A stretch of DNA of 63,974 nt, counting the filler, from Craspedostauros australis (taxonomy: Eukaryota): the NCBI GenBank assembly GCA_030167865.1. It is 11 parts of 11 records of this genome, joined end to end, with 100 filler letters (N's around TTAATTAATTAA, not from the genome) between each part and the next. Parts side by side here need not be neighbours in the genome. Positions count along the whole stretch, not along the records: positions 1 to 22,954 come from JALAGF010004321.1; 10 more parts are not named here. One strand, given 5' to 3'. A program made the translations under genes and the position numbers. Shown here in pieces: positions 10,862-21,455 of the stretch (positions are counted from its first letter, which is position 1; every line of letters starts with the position of its first letter). Below the pieces are notes generated by a model. The model was given only the letters and a program-made list of their open reading frames with translations. It did no database searches and was not told the DNA's origin.

Positions 10862-13176
10862 TCACGCATTGATCAATGGTGCGTACGTGATTCGCTTCAC
10901 CGAGGTCTGGCCAAGGCGCTTCATCTTATCGGCCTCGTACTCCGCGTAATTGCCAGGGAAGTAATGCCACTTCGAGTCGCCTTCGCATGCCAGGATGTGA
11001 GTGCACAGGCGATCCAGCATGTACCGGTCGTGGCTCACGATCAGTGCGCAGCCGGCAAACTCCAGCAATCCCTCCTCGAGAGAACGCAGCACCTCCACGT
11101 CCAGATCGTTCGAGGGTTCGTCCAGGATGATCAAGTTGCCGCCCTCCTTCAGCATCTTGGCGAGCTGCAATCGATTGCGTTCGCCTCCACTCAAATTGGC
11201 GACTCTGGACTGCTGGCTCTGTCCCTTGAATCCGAACCACGACATGTAGGCTCGGGATTGCACGGTCTGCGTGCCCAGCTCGATCTCCTCCAATCCCTCC
11301 GACACTTCCTCGAACGCGGTCTTCTTGTCATCCAGCACCGCCATGCGCTCCTGTCCCACGGACACGATCTTCACAGTCTCGCCGATCTTGATTTCGCCTT
11401 CATCTGGTTGCTCCAGCCCAGTCAGCATCTTGATCAACGTCGATTTGCCAGCACCGTTGGGACCGACAACGCCGACGATGCCAGCCGGTGGCAGGGAGAA
11501 ATCAAGGTTGTCAATCAGCAAGCGATCGCCGAACGATTTGCGCAAGTTGGTGACGTCCACGACGACATCGCCCAGTCGCGGACCGGGCGGGATATAGATC
11601 TGTCCAGAATTGCGCAGCTCCTTCGGCGCGGCAGCGGCCAGAAGCTCGTCGTAGCGAGCCAAGCGGGCCTTAGATTTGTTGCCCTTCGCCTTGGGGTTGG
11701 TGCGAATCCATTCCAGCTCGTTGGCAACGGCCTTGGCGGAGGCAGTCTCCGCCTTCTTTTCTTCTGTGAGACGTTTGTTCTTGGTCTCCAGAAAGGTCTC
11801 GTAATTACCTTCGTGGGGGATTCCGGCACCACGGTCCAATTCCAAAATCCATCCAGCGACGTTATTGAGGAAGTAGCGATCGTGCGTAATGCAGACGACG
11901 GTGCCCTTGAACTGCTCCAGGAACTGCTCCAGCCATGCAATGCTCTCGGCATCTAGATGATTCGTCGGCTGCATGTGCATTTGACAAAGAGAGAGAGAGA
12001 GAGAGAGAAGTAGAATGTGGCGTGGTGTGCATGAGCAAGTGCGCATCGTGAGTTGATGAGAAAGACAAGCCAGATGATGCGGCACGACGCAACACAACGC
12101 AGGCGAAGCGGATTGAGACATGAGCGTGTGAGTTGACAAAAGGGAAGAAGAGAAAACACCATCGCAGCAACGGGATGTGACTACCAATCACCAACACCAT
12201 TGCACTTCAAAAGCAGCGAGAATACGCCCCGCCTCAAACCACTCGTCATAACAGCCGCGCATGCATGCTATGGGTTCACACGTACCTCATCGAGCAACAG
12301 CATATCGTGATTCTGGAGCAGCAACCGGCACAACGCGACGCGGCGCTTTTCTCCTCCGCTGAGAGTTGCGGTGCTGGCGTCACCTGCAGGGACACGGAGG
12401 GCGTCCATGGCGCGGGACACGACACGTTCCAGCTCCCACAGATCGCCGGCTTCGATGTCTGCGTTCAGCGCCTCCAGCTTTTCCATGGTGCTCGCCATCT
12501 CATCATCGGTGATGTCTGGGTCGGCCAACTTCATGGAGACTTCGTTGTACTCGTCAATGACGGCCTGCGAAGATTTGACAGCATCGTCAATGCATTCCTG
12601 CACCGTGTCATACTCCAGCTTCGGCTCCTGTGGCAGGTATCCGATCGAGGCACCGGGCAATGGCCGGGCCACTCCATCGAACTCCTTGTCTATGCCGGCC
12701 ATAACCTTGAGCAGGGTGGACTTGCCACTTCCGTTCAAACCGACCACGCCGATCTTGGCGCCGGGATAGAAGCTGAGATGGATGTTATCGAGGATCTTTT
12801 TGGACTTGTCCGGCAGCAGCTTGGACAGACCGACCATGGTGAACATGAACTGACGAGTCGCGGCGTCGAAGCGCGCATCCTTGACACTTTGCTTTTCTTG
12901 TGGAGCCTGGCGCTTGTTTCCGCCGCCAACACCGCCGCCTTTCTTCTTCTTTCCAAACAGTGGCCATGCATTCTGTCTGGCAACGTTGGAATGAGCATCA
13001 GCGTGTCCAAATGGCGATTCCGCATGTGGCAGAGAGGAGGAGGAGGAAGAAGAAGAAGTAGACGGGGAAAGGAGGTTCTGGGTGTTGATCCCTCCCAGAT
13101 GAAATGCGACAGCTTGATCTGTCGCCGCCAACACAGCGATGGCCATCACGACGGACAAACCTGCCGAGAAACGCAT
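10862..13176 (-). CDS. ettA: ABC-F translation factor EttA/ChvD-like, plastid-targeted; exons 13176-12286 and 11968-10862
   Basis: ILDNIHLSFYPGAKIGVVGLNGSGKSTLLK, LSGGEKRRVALCRLLL, linker ELEWIRTNPKAKGNKSKARLARYDEL and a second ABC domain. A GT-AG intron at 12285-11969 restores LLLDE|PTNHLD. Signal peptide ends in AVAF. Confidence 0.93.
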
Positions 13177-14066
13177 GATGGATGGGATGAGAGGATTGGA
13201 CTGGGCTCGAGGTTGCAGTGCTACTAGACTCCGCTTTCTTGTATAATACTTTGTGCTAGTTATGATCCACCGTTGTACACGTGTGGTACGGGTGCGCATG
13301 TAGCAGAATACGTTATGTTTGAATGTATACAGTGCCAATACGCTCGCGATGCCAGATCTGCACAAACAGATACATCGAGGAGGTGAGTCGGTGCATGGGT
13401 GGATTGGACAGAAAGATGCAATCAACAAAAGATCCCGCGCGCGATTGGTGTCGTTGATGTCCTGTCTTTCTTCTTTGATGGGTCGAGAATTTGTGTGGTG
13501 TTCGATTCATGCGATTACATTCCACGAAGATGTGATGTGATTGGCTGGAAAAGTGACTTCATCACTCTTTCTTTTTGCTTCTTGTTGTTTGGTACTGAGA
13601 GAATTCGATACGATTGTGGCTGAACCAGCAGACGAAGTTCTCTATCAGACGTATGGCTGGACAGACGTTGTATGTGAAGTCTAAGTTGAAGATGCCAAAA
13701 TCTTCCACGTGAAAGTTCCCGATTGTTGATCCCAGCCATCACAATAGATCACGACCGTGTTTCCAAACGACACAACGTGCGAGGAACCAACACGTTGCAA
13801 CACACAGCAAGAAGACAACATCGGCACTTGTCGATCGTATCATACCTATTCTATGCTCCACGCTTTACACTATCTCCAGAGTACTCAACTGTGATTCCAT
13901 TGCCTCTTCTTCGACTTCCATTGCTGTTCGATCTCATTGAACCATCATTCGGAAAGAATAAAGCCGTCCAACTCTCCACGAAATAGAGGTGCTTTGACGA
14001 AGAGATTGCGTGACGACGATACCAACAACGACAACCACGACGGATAGCAGCCCAAGACGATCGCAG

Positions 14067-15002
14067 ATGAAGATGTGGACGACGACGACGGCCATGGCCA
14101 TGATGGCGCTGTGCGTACTGAGCATAGCTTGCGCACCATCCGCGGTTTCCGCCATGAGACCTCCTAAATCGATGAACCTCTTCGTGCAACGCATGATGCG
14201 ACACTGGAATGAAGCATCGGAGATTGCCACTCTGGAACAGGAGGTGGAGGACTACAATGCTCAGTGGGTAGCCAACGCGGAGACACAGGCGCAGTCCTTC
14301 ACGCGACGGCGGTTGATCTGCATGCCGCTGGATGATCGCTTCAATCCTTCGATGGGACATTTCTCTCACAATCACGTGCAGACGGGCGACAAGATGTCGT
14401 TGCCGATGCTGTTCTGGCGTGCCGTCACACTCAATGGCGCGGAAGTGCCGTGGCTGTTCTCCGTCAAGCGCGTGGACGCCGAAGAGGGCGGCAGCATCAG
14501 AGTGGGAATCTCGCAGCGGGTGGCGGACGTCCCGAAGGACATGGCGGCATCCGCGCTGGACGAAGTCGTCGGCGGGATATTGGATTTTCGGGCGCCGGCC
14601 AACTACGTCTTCCTGCCGTGGTGGATGATGCGCGCGTTGGGATTGCGACCACGCGACGTCGTGGACGTCGAGCTGGTCACCAAGACCCCACCGGGTTCGT
14701 TGGCGTTGCTGCGACCGCACTCGTCCAAATTCGCCAAGACCATTGACAACCCGCAGGCCGTGCTGGAGACGGAGCTGCGGCATTACTCCTCCCTCACGCA
14801 GGGCTCGACGATCGCGTTCGATTACAACGGAGAGCGATACTGGTTCGATGTGGCGGAGCTGCGATCAGGCGTCAGAGGCGAGAAGAAGCCCATCGTCAAG
14901 GTGCAGGACTGTGACTTGTCCACCAATTTTCTGCCGTCAAAGGAGGAAGTCCTCAAGCGCAAGTTGATGCGGCAGAAGGCGATGGAGGAGGCGCAAGAAT
15001 AG
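14067..15002 (+). CDS. UFD1: Ufd1-domain protein with signal peptide (probable SELMA/periplastid sUfd1)
   Basis: GDKMSLP, GILDFRAPANYVFLPWWMMRALGL, LRPHSSKF, NPQAVLETELRHYSSLTQGSTI and VQDCDLSTNF form the Ufd1 N-domain. Hydrophobic signal peptide with no Phe at +1, and no long C-terminal tail. Confidence 0.88.
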   Translation: MKMWTTTTAMAMMALCVLSIACAPSAVSAMRPPKSMNLFVQRMMRHWNEASEIATLEQEVEDYNAQWVANAETQAQSFTRRRLICMPLDDRFNPSMGHFSHNHVQTGDKMSLPMLFWRAVTLNGAEVPWLFSVKRVDAEEGGSIRVGISQRVADVPKDMAASALDEVVGGILDFRAPANYVFLPWWMMRALGLRPRDVVDVELVTKTPPGSLALLRPHSSKFAKTIDNPQAVLETELRHYSSLTQGSTIAFDYNGERYWFDVAELRSGVRGEKKPIVKVQDCDLSTNFLPSKEEVLKRKLMRQKAMEEAQE

Positions 15003-15322
15003 GCGCAATCGCAAGCGAGGCCTTCCAACTCACACTTTGGGTGGATGCCGTGCAGTGTGACAACGGGTGAAAGATTAAGGCACGGCTAGGATGCTGATCT
15101 CACTCTTTCAACCAGACAGCTGCGGATTAACCACGTTGCGCTCACGTTCTTCTACTTTGGCGTTTTTAGAAAGCAGACGTCGCCGAGAACATACTCGTAG
15201 CGTGGAGTGTAATCTATTCGACACAATTTCTCGTTGTTTCGCACATGACTCGAAGGTGGTAGAATGTCGTTTCATCAAACCGCCCAAAATTGAATTGACT
15301 TGAAATGCGGATTGCGGGATGT

Positions 15323-16513
15323 TCACAACATCGATTTGACGCCGTCGTATCCCACGAGCAACATCGCGCCACCGATGGATCGCACGAGATTGGGACCGAT
15401 GCCCAAGTAAAATCCTCGCGCGCCTTCCGTCGCCAACACCGTGCGGATGCAATGCAACGATCCTTGGTACTGCCGTTCCTGCACCGAGCGGCCGGCCTGC
15501 ATCATGAGACGCCGTCGCACGGAATCGATGGGATAGCAGAAGGTGCCGGCCGTGACGCTGATGAATTGGGCAATGAGGAATCGCTCGCCCCACGTCATGG
15601 GCGTGGAGGACTGCTGGTCCCACACGGATTTGATGGCGTCGTATCCGCCCAGATATAAGAATCGATGCAGGACACCACCGCACAGCGCGATGCCGTAGCC
15701 CTGGTAGAGACCGCGCACACCGTCCTTGGCCCAGATCTGCGTGACGACGTCTCGCATGCCGCTGTACTGACGCGACGTTTGGCCTTGGTCCATCGCTAAT
15801 CGCGTGCGCAGGAACTCGATGGGGTATAGTATGGTCGTCGCAGTTCCACCCGCCAAACCACCGGACACGAAGCTGATCCATAGTCTGCGGTTGGTGCTGG
15901 CACCATTGCTGTTGCTATTGCTGCCAATTTTGGCTGGTGCAGTTGTCATTTGGGACGATGAATCGGCATGTTGCAGCGATATGGACAGAGCCAGCCTTTT
16001 GTAGTAATCCATCAACGCGAAATTCAATGCCGACTGACCAGCCGTGCGCAAGACGTTGGGCATGTTGCCTCTCCAGAATGCAAACAGCCCTTCGCGCTGA
16101 TAGATGGTGCTTGCCACGGACCATGCAGTGGGCGGAGGAAGGGCAGCTCCACCTTTCTGTGCTGCGCTCGCTGATGGCGCTGCGGACAATCGCGCTGGAC
16201 GCGGTGCTGAGCCTTGCAGCTGCAATAGCAGCTTGATGCGCTCGACAGGCGCCATGGCAGTCTTGGAGAAAGCACCAGCGCAAGCTCCAGCCACGGCGTC
16301 CTTCCATCGTGGAACCTGCCGTTTTCGCTGTTGCCTGTGCAGCTTCTGTGGTTCGTTCTGATGCTGATCGCTGGGTGCTTGGCGATCGGATAGAAGAGGC
16401 AATTGCGAAGTCAGCGGGCCTCCCGGTGACACCTCTATCTCCATCTCCACCGTCGCAGCTGCTGTTGCCGTTGCGGCAACTACCGTCGTTCCGACAGAAA
16501 TCGGTTGCGCCAT
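15323..16513 (-). CDS. ADP/ATP carrier (mitochondrial carrier family)
   Basis: SKTAMAPVERIKLLLQLQ, AFWRGNMPNVLR, YPIEFLRTRLAMD and YPIDSVRRRLMMQ (RRRxMM adenine-nucleotide-carrier signature). Confidence 0.88.
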   Translation of the reverse strand: MAQPISVGTTVVAATATAAATVEMEIEVSPGGPLTSQLPLLSDRQAPSDQHQNEPQKLHRQQRKRQVPRWKDAVAGACAGAFSKTAMAPVERIKLLLQLQGSAPRPARLSAAPSASAAQKGGAALPPPTAWSVASTIYQREGLFAFWRGNMPNVLRTAGQSALNFALMDYYKRLALSISLQHADSSSQMTTAPAKIGSNSNSNGASTNRRLWISFVSGGLAGGTATTILYPIEFLRTRLAMDQGQTSRQYSGMRDVVTQIWAKDGVRGLYQGYGIALCGGVLHRFLYLGGYDAIKSVWDQQSSTPMTWGERFLIAQFISVTAGTFCYPIDSVRRRLMMQAGRSVQERQYQGSLHCIRTVLATEGARGFYLGIGPNLVRSIGGAMLLVGYDGVKSML

Positions 16514-16819
16514 GACTTCGTTCTACGTGCCAACTGGACTGGATTGTTGTCGAGAAGGGTGACAACTGAAGAGATTACGAGGAGAGGGCTTCCCTTGTGA
16601 GCGACCTGTGCGATTACAATTACAAATACGATTGCTCAGTTCATTTGTATGGTTGGAGATCGTGTAATGCTTTCGGAGTCTGTCTGTTGAGATTGTGTCG
16701 TTGGTTACAGAGAGGCAACGTGTTTGGTGTTTTGCAGCGTGGTTGCGTTGATCTGCGTTGTTCTTGTGTTGTTTGGGGGTGATGTGGATGGTTTTGTGGA
16801 CAACGTTGGCGTGTTCTGC

Positions 16820-16827
16820 TGACGTCA
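16820..16827. promoter_or_regulatory. Palindromic CRE/bZIP site in the divergent AAC/LRGG-protein promoter
   Basis: TGACGTCA near the middle of the 16514-17083 intergenic region, followed by GTCATGAC. Confidence 0.3.
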
Positions 16828-17083
16828 CGGTCATGACGATTTTGTTCGTGTCTCGATCCATTCACGCAGAAATCGAACACGATCTTGGCGCAACACACAT
16901 CAAAAGGATCTTTGCCTTCGCGGGCCAACCAAACTGGTGGGTGGCCACAGAACATCACTGATCATCTCAACTGTATGGCATACCCAATAGATACGATCTA
17001 TCTGTGTGTGGCATGAGTCCCTGTGCAATGCACATCTCCCAAACAGAGACACAAGAGAGAAACCAATTGCAATTGAGACGACA

Positions 17084-19081
17084 ATGGAGAAACTACCACG
17101 ATCAATTCGAATGCTGACTTTGATCATCGCGGCCTGCCTGATTGCCACCACCCAAGCGCGATCGCGTTCGAAGTCGGATCGTGCATGGCAGCCATCGCAT
17201 GCGAAGGGAACGACACCGTGGAAGCAGCCGATCGCCATTCTGCCCAAGACGACTTGGAAGGCAAGGCACAGCACCCGCTCCTCCATTCTTCCATCTCGAA
17301 GTCTCCATGAATCGCTCTCGTTGAGGGGAGGGTTTCAGCATGATCATGATGATGACGTTGCGGATGAGACAGTGGCTGGTGTGGTGACCATCCTCTATCC
17401 CAGCACAACGAACCTGGAGGGCATGCTCGACCCTGCGATTGCAGAGAAGCTCAACAAGGACAGCAGCAATCCATTGCACGGAAGCAGCATCGATCGTTTC
17501 CTCATCGTGCTGCTCAACGCGCATCGGAAACCGATTGGAATTGTCCAGGATACGTTGCAAATGTCAGACGATGGGTCGAATGCAGGTCTCGATCGTCATG
17601 GCCTCATCGAAAGCATTGCTCTGTTATCCAATTCCATGGTCGTTGTTGCACCTTCCCACTACGATCCGTTGAACGCGCAATCAACAGAAACGCAGCCAGA
17701 TGAAATTGATCACGCCGTGCAAGCGATCGTGCGCGGAATCCAACGAAGGCAGCAATCTCAGCAAGAGCAGTCGAACGAAGCCGTGGACCATGGCAAGAAT
17801 GACGACAGCAGCAGCAACGACGGTCTTGAATCATCCTCTTCAACGTCATCCACAAGCAAGCCATTCGGGAAATTGATCTTCATGCTTTCATCTCCACCAC
17901 ACGCTGCGACTGTCAACACAAAGACCAAGAAGGACATCCAAGAATGGTGGCAACGCCGATGGGCGTCCTCGCAGCCATTGGTCTCCATCAATTCGCGGCT
18001 TGCGGCCGATTTCCAATTGCATACGACGATACCACCGCCGGATTCCGACGGCGATTTTTGGCGCGACGCCATCGTTTCGCAACTTGAAGATGGTTGGGGC
18101 GGCACCAACGAATTGTACGACGACGTTCCGACATTTCAACGGTTACTGGGACAAGTGTATCAAGTGCTGAGCAATTCAAAGGGGAGTAGCAGGCCTGCAT
18201 TCACGGTCACCCCCATCATGCACAAAGCCACCGCAGCTGAATCAGCAGGTTCAATGGAGCAATCTGTACCAACTGCGACGTTGGATTTAGATGGCAACAC
18301 CAGCAGCAACATACAAGATGTGATGTCGACAGCACAACGTCATCTCGCGGAACTCGAAGCGAGATTAGAAGACTTTTGGCTGCAACAAGTTGAAGGCGAT
18401 GGGCCCGATCCAAACGATCCATCACAACACCAACAACAACTGCCGATGATCGAATTTGGTGAAACTGCCAATCAGATTTTAGAGACTGCGCAACAACAGC
18501 TTGCGATGCTGCCGGTAGCAACCATATACAAGGAACTGATGCAAATCGCATCACAGTTGCAATACCTGTACATGCAGCAGCTCAGCTCCTTGCGGGATTT
18601 CTACGGTCGGCGATACGAGCGAATGATCGAAGAAATCAACGAAGCCGTGGACAAGAGCCAAAAGACGAGCACGAGTAGGGAGGCAAAGTACAAGGCATGG
18701 GGTGACGCATGCCAGCACATCACGGAAGGATTCCGTGCTGCCGCGCAGGATGCTATTCCGACGCTGTGCCAACCCAACAATCTGCTCCGAGATGCCGACT
18801 TTGAATATGTTGTAGCAATGAATGGACTGCTGCAAGACATGATGGTCATCACGCAACGGTACCAAGACGAAGACAGCTTGGCAATGGAGCTAGAAGATGA
18901 TGACGATGACGATGATGGTACGCCCAACGGACGCAAGCGTCCGCGGCGATGGTACGAAAAGCTTGCAGCGAGAGCGTTGATGCTGGGGATCAATTACTTC
19001 CAGGGTTGGTTGGCGTGGCAAGGTGTGAAGCGTGCTGCGTTGGAACGGGATCGGGGTATGCCCAAGTTTCCTCTGTTTTAA
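17084..19081 (+). CDS. Signal-peptide protein with LRGG motif and degenerate Sey1/RHD3-like helical region
   Basis: Signal peptide MLTLIIAACLIATTQA, basic leader ending SLSLRGG (LRGG at 17321-17332), then EFGETANQIL...LQYLYMQQLSSLR...FRAAAQDAIP...FEYVVAMNGLLQDM and a C-terminal hydrophobic segment. The coding status is solid; the family call is tentative. Confidence 0.6.
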   Translation: MEKLPRSIRMLTLIIAACLIATTQARSRSKSDRAWQPSHAKGTTPWKQPIAILPKTTWKARHSTRSSILPSRSLHESLSLRGGFQHDHDDDVADETVAGVVTILYPSTTNLEGMLDPAIAEKLNKDSSNPLHGSSIDRFLIVLLNAHRKPIGIVQDTLQMSDDGSNAGLDRHGLIESIALLSNSMVVVAPSHYDPLNAQSTETQPDEIDHAVQAIVRGIQRRQQSQQEQSNEAVDHGKNDDSSSNDGLESSSSTSSTSKPFGKLIFMLSSPPHAATVNTKTKKDIQEWWQRRWASSQPLVSINSRLAADFQLHTTIPPPDSDGDFWRDAIVSQLEDGWGGTNELYDDVPTFQRLLGQVYQVLSNSKGSSRPAFTVTPIMHKATAAESAGSMEQSVPTATLDLDGNTSSNIQDVMSTAQRHLAELEARLEDFWLQQVEGDGPDPNDPSQHQQQLPMIEFGETANQILETAQQQLAMLPVATIYKELMQIASQLQYLYMQQLSSLRDFYGRRYERMIEEINEAVDKSQKTSTSREAKYKAWGDACQHITEGFRAAAQDAIPTLCQPNNLLRDADFEYVVAMNGLLQDMMVITQRYQDEDSLAMELEDDDDDDDGTPNGRKRPRRWYEKLAARALMLGINYFQGWLAWQGVKRAALERDRGMPKFPLF

Positions 19082-19329
19082 CGAAGTGGGAAACCATACA
19101 TGTTGTCAAGTTCCCTGGAGAAAGAGAGAGAGACAGCTGCGTGATGCACAGACACAAATAATATGGCAACACAATGTAGCAACACACATCTTGTGGGAAG
19201 CAGTCTCTTTGCTACTTTGCATGCCACTGCACTCGCAGTTGTATCGTACTTGCGCGATGCCACCTCATAGGGCCACCCAATGTTGTAGAATAGTTTCATA
19301 GAAATACTTCCTGTTTTACTCGTACGTGC

Positions 19330-20379
19330 TCAGGGCACAACGACGCCCAGCCAAAGGCTCCCCGGACTGTCCTTGGCCATGGTGAGACAGAGCTCACGGT
19401 TGTTGTCCGACGCGTCCTGTAGAGTGTAAGTGCTATCATCCACGATGATCGTACCACCAAGCTTGCCCTCCAGCACCGTCTTATCCAACAGCTTGACCTC
19501 GATGGACTTCCTCTGAAACTTGATCTTGACCTGCTTTCCCTTCGTGCCTGCGGGTGCGGTGAACTTCACCTCCACTTCATCGTCGGTTTGCGACCACGCG
19601 TATTCGTCCGTTCGGATCTCCGTGCCATCCATGGACGGAGACGGCTGTTGCGACGCTGCAGCACCACCATCGGCTGACGAGACCATCTGCGGCATGCCTC
19701 CCAACGTCTTCGTCATGGAATTCGACAACGAGTGCGCCGACGATGATCCCGTTCCACCCCCGCCGCCGGAAGCGCGTGCACTGCGGCACCATTCGCTTTC
19801 AGGCGAGATGTCCTCCTTCGTGAAATCGACGCGTGTCCATATGTCCTTCATCTCATCGTCGTGACATCTGGCAACAAAGACGTCGCCGTAGAGGGTGCGG
19901 TTCTGATGCCCGCATCCTTGCATCAGCGCCATGGCACGCAGATTCTGCTGCGACGGGTCCTCCTTGGCATTGTTGTTGGCGTACATGCTGACCGCCTTGC
20001 GCTGGTTGCCTTCGGTGGGAACGGTCAGCGCGATGATCTCGCAGGAGTTGGACGCACCCGGCGCGGTCGATGCCTTGTACATGGACAGGATCACATCATC
20101 CGAGAGGTTGGCGAGGTTGTCCGCAACGCCGGGAGCTGCCTGGCCCTTGATCTGCTCGCGCAGCTGGGAGGCGAGCTGCTTCTTCTGCGAATCCTCGAGC
20201 TTGTCAATGTCCGGGATCTGGCTTGCCAGTGCCTCCTTGTCTGCGGACTTGGCGAAGTACTTGCGGGCGTTGGTGATCACGAAGTCATCGGTCAAGCCGC
20301 CGGATGTGTCGCCCTTGATTTCCTCCACAGCTTCCGACAGCTGGGGTGGGATCCTCACGTACAGGAAGGAAGCTGGCAT
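19330..20379 (-). CDS. CS-domain (NudC/p23-like) co-chaperone protein
   Basis: C-terminal YAWSQTDDEVEVKF...VKIKFQRKSIEVK...LEGKLGGTIIVDDSTYTL...LCLTMAK is a typical CS domain. Confidence 0.8.
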   Translation of the reverse strand: MPASFLYVRIPPQLSEAVEEIKGDTSGGLTDDFVITNARKYFAKSADKEALASQIPDIDKLEDSQKKQLASQLREQIKGQAAPGVADNLANLSDDVILSMYKASTAPGASNSCEIIALTVPTEGNQRKAVSMYANNNAKEDPSQQNLRAMALMQGCGHQNRTLYGDVFVARCHDDEMKDIWTRVDFTKEDISPESEWCRSARASGGGGGTGSSSAHSLSNSMTKTLGGMPQMVSSADGGAAASQQPSPSMDGTEIRTDEYAWSQTDDEVEVKFTAPAGTKGKQVKIKFQRKSIEVKLLDKTVLEGKLGGTIIVDDSTYTLQDASDNNRELCLTMAKDSPGSLWLGVVVP

Positions 20380-21455
20380 TGTGCAGCAATGTGTATCAGT
20401 ACTTGTATGCCTGCGTGTATGCCTGCGCGTATGGGTATGGTACGTGTGCGTACGAGTGAGCGATGTGTGAGCGTGGGGTCAATGCTTGCAGTGTGAGACT
20501 TGGTTGTTGTCTTGTATCTCTTTGCATTTCTTGCATTCGAATCCGTTGCTCGTGGTTTTGGGTGGTTGCAGTTGAAGTTCACGAAAGGACAGACTACTTT
20601 CCACTTTATTGTGTCCCATGTAGTTCCTTGAAATTCACTTTTGGCGCGAAATCTTACCTGAATCGGCTCGTGTGTTGCCACCACTCCAGGACAGACTGCG
20701 GATCCTGTCACCCAAGTGGGTCACAACCGAGCTCCGAAACCGTTCCTTGTTTCATCATTCTGGAACCGCCGAACTAAAGGGAACACAGAACGCACGACTT
20801 TTTCTCTTTCGCTTCTCGCAACAACTCGCGACAACTCGATGGGACTCCATGGTTCCTTGTCGACGACAGTCACAACGATGACCATGTCAATCAACGAAGA
20901 ACGATTGATCTCATGGGGAGAATACCATTCTGATGGGATGACCCAAGCTAAAATCGCTCCGCCCATTCAGTCCACTAACCGCATCATGCCAGTTCGTTCG
21001 GAAGTGCTCGCAGGAGCCAGTTGCGCTCTCGATCGCAAGGTGGCGCTGATGACATAGTTCGTTCGTAGTCGTACCATTCCAGTTCAGGGGTATCGTAACG
21101 TTGGAACGGATGCTCAGGCCGCCGAGACAACAATTAGACGCGAACACACCCACCATAGGGAACCTTCAACACCTCTTGATGGCTCTGTGCTGTGACCCTG
21201 TGTTCTTCTGCTTGGGATCAGCCCGGGGAAGTTGACAAGCCACATCCGCATTGCGGTGATGTTGGTTGTGGCTCACAGCATCCTCGTTACGAGTATGTAC
21301 GCGCCGCGGATTGCATCATCACCCTCGCGGATGACCGTCATGACATTGTTCCTTCGCTGGGGCCGGTGATTCATCACACGCCGCCAACTGCGTCACGTCT
21401 CCAGTATCGGCACCTGCAGCGCCATCAACAAAGTCACGATTATGCATGTCATAAA

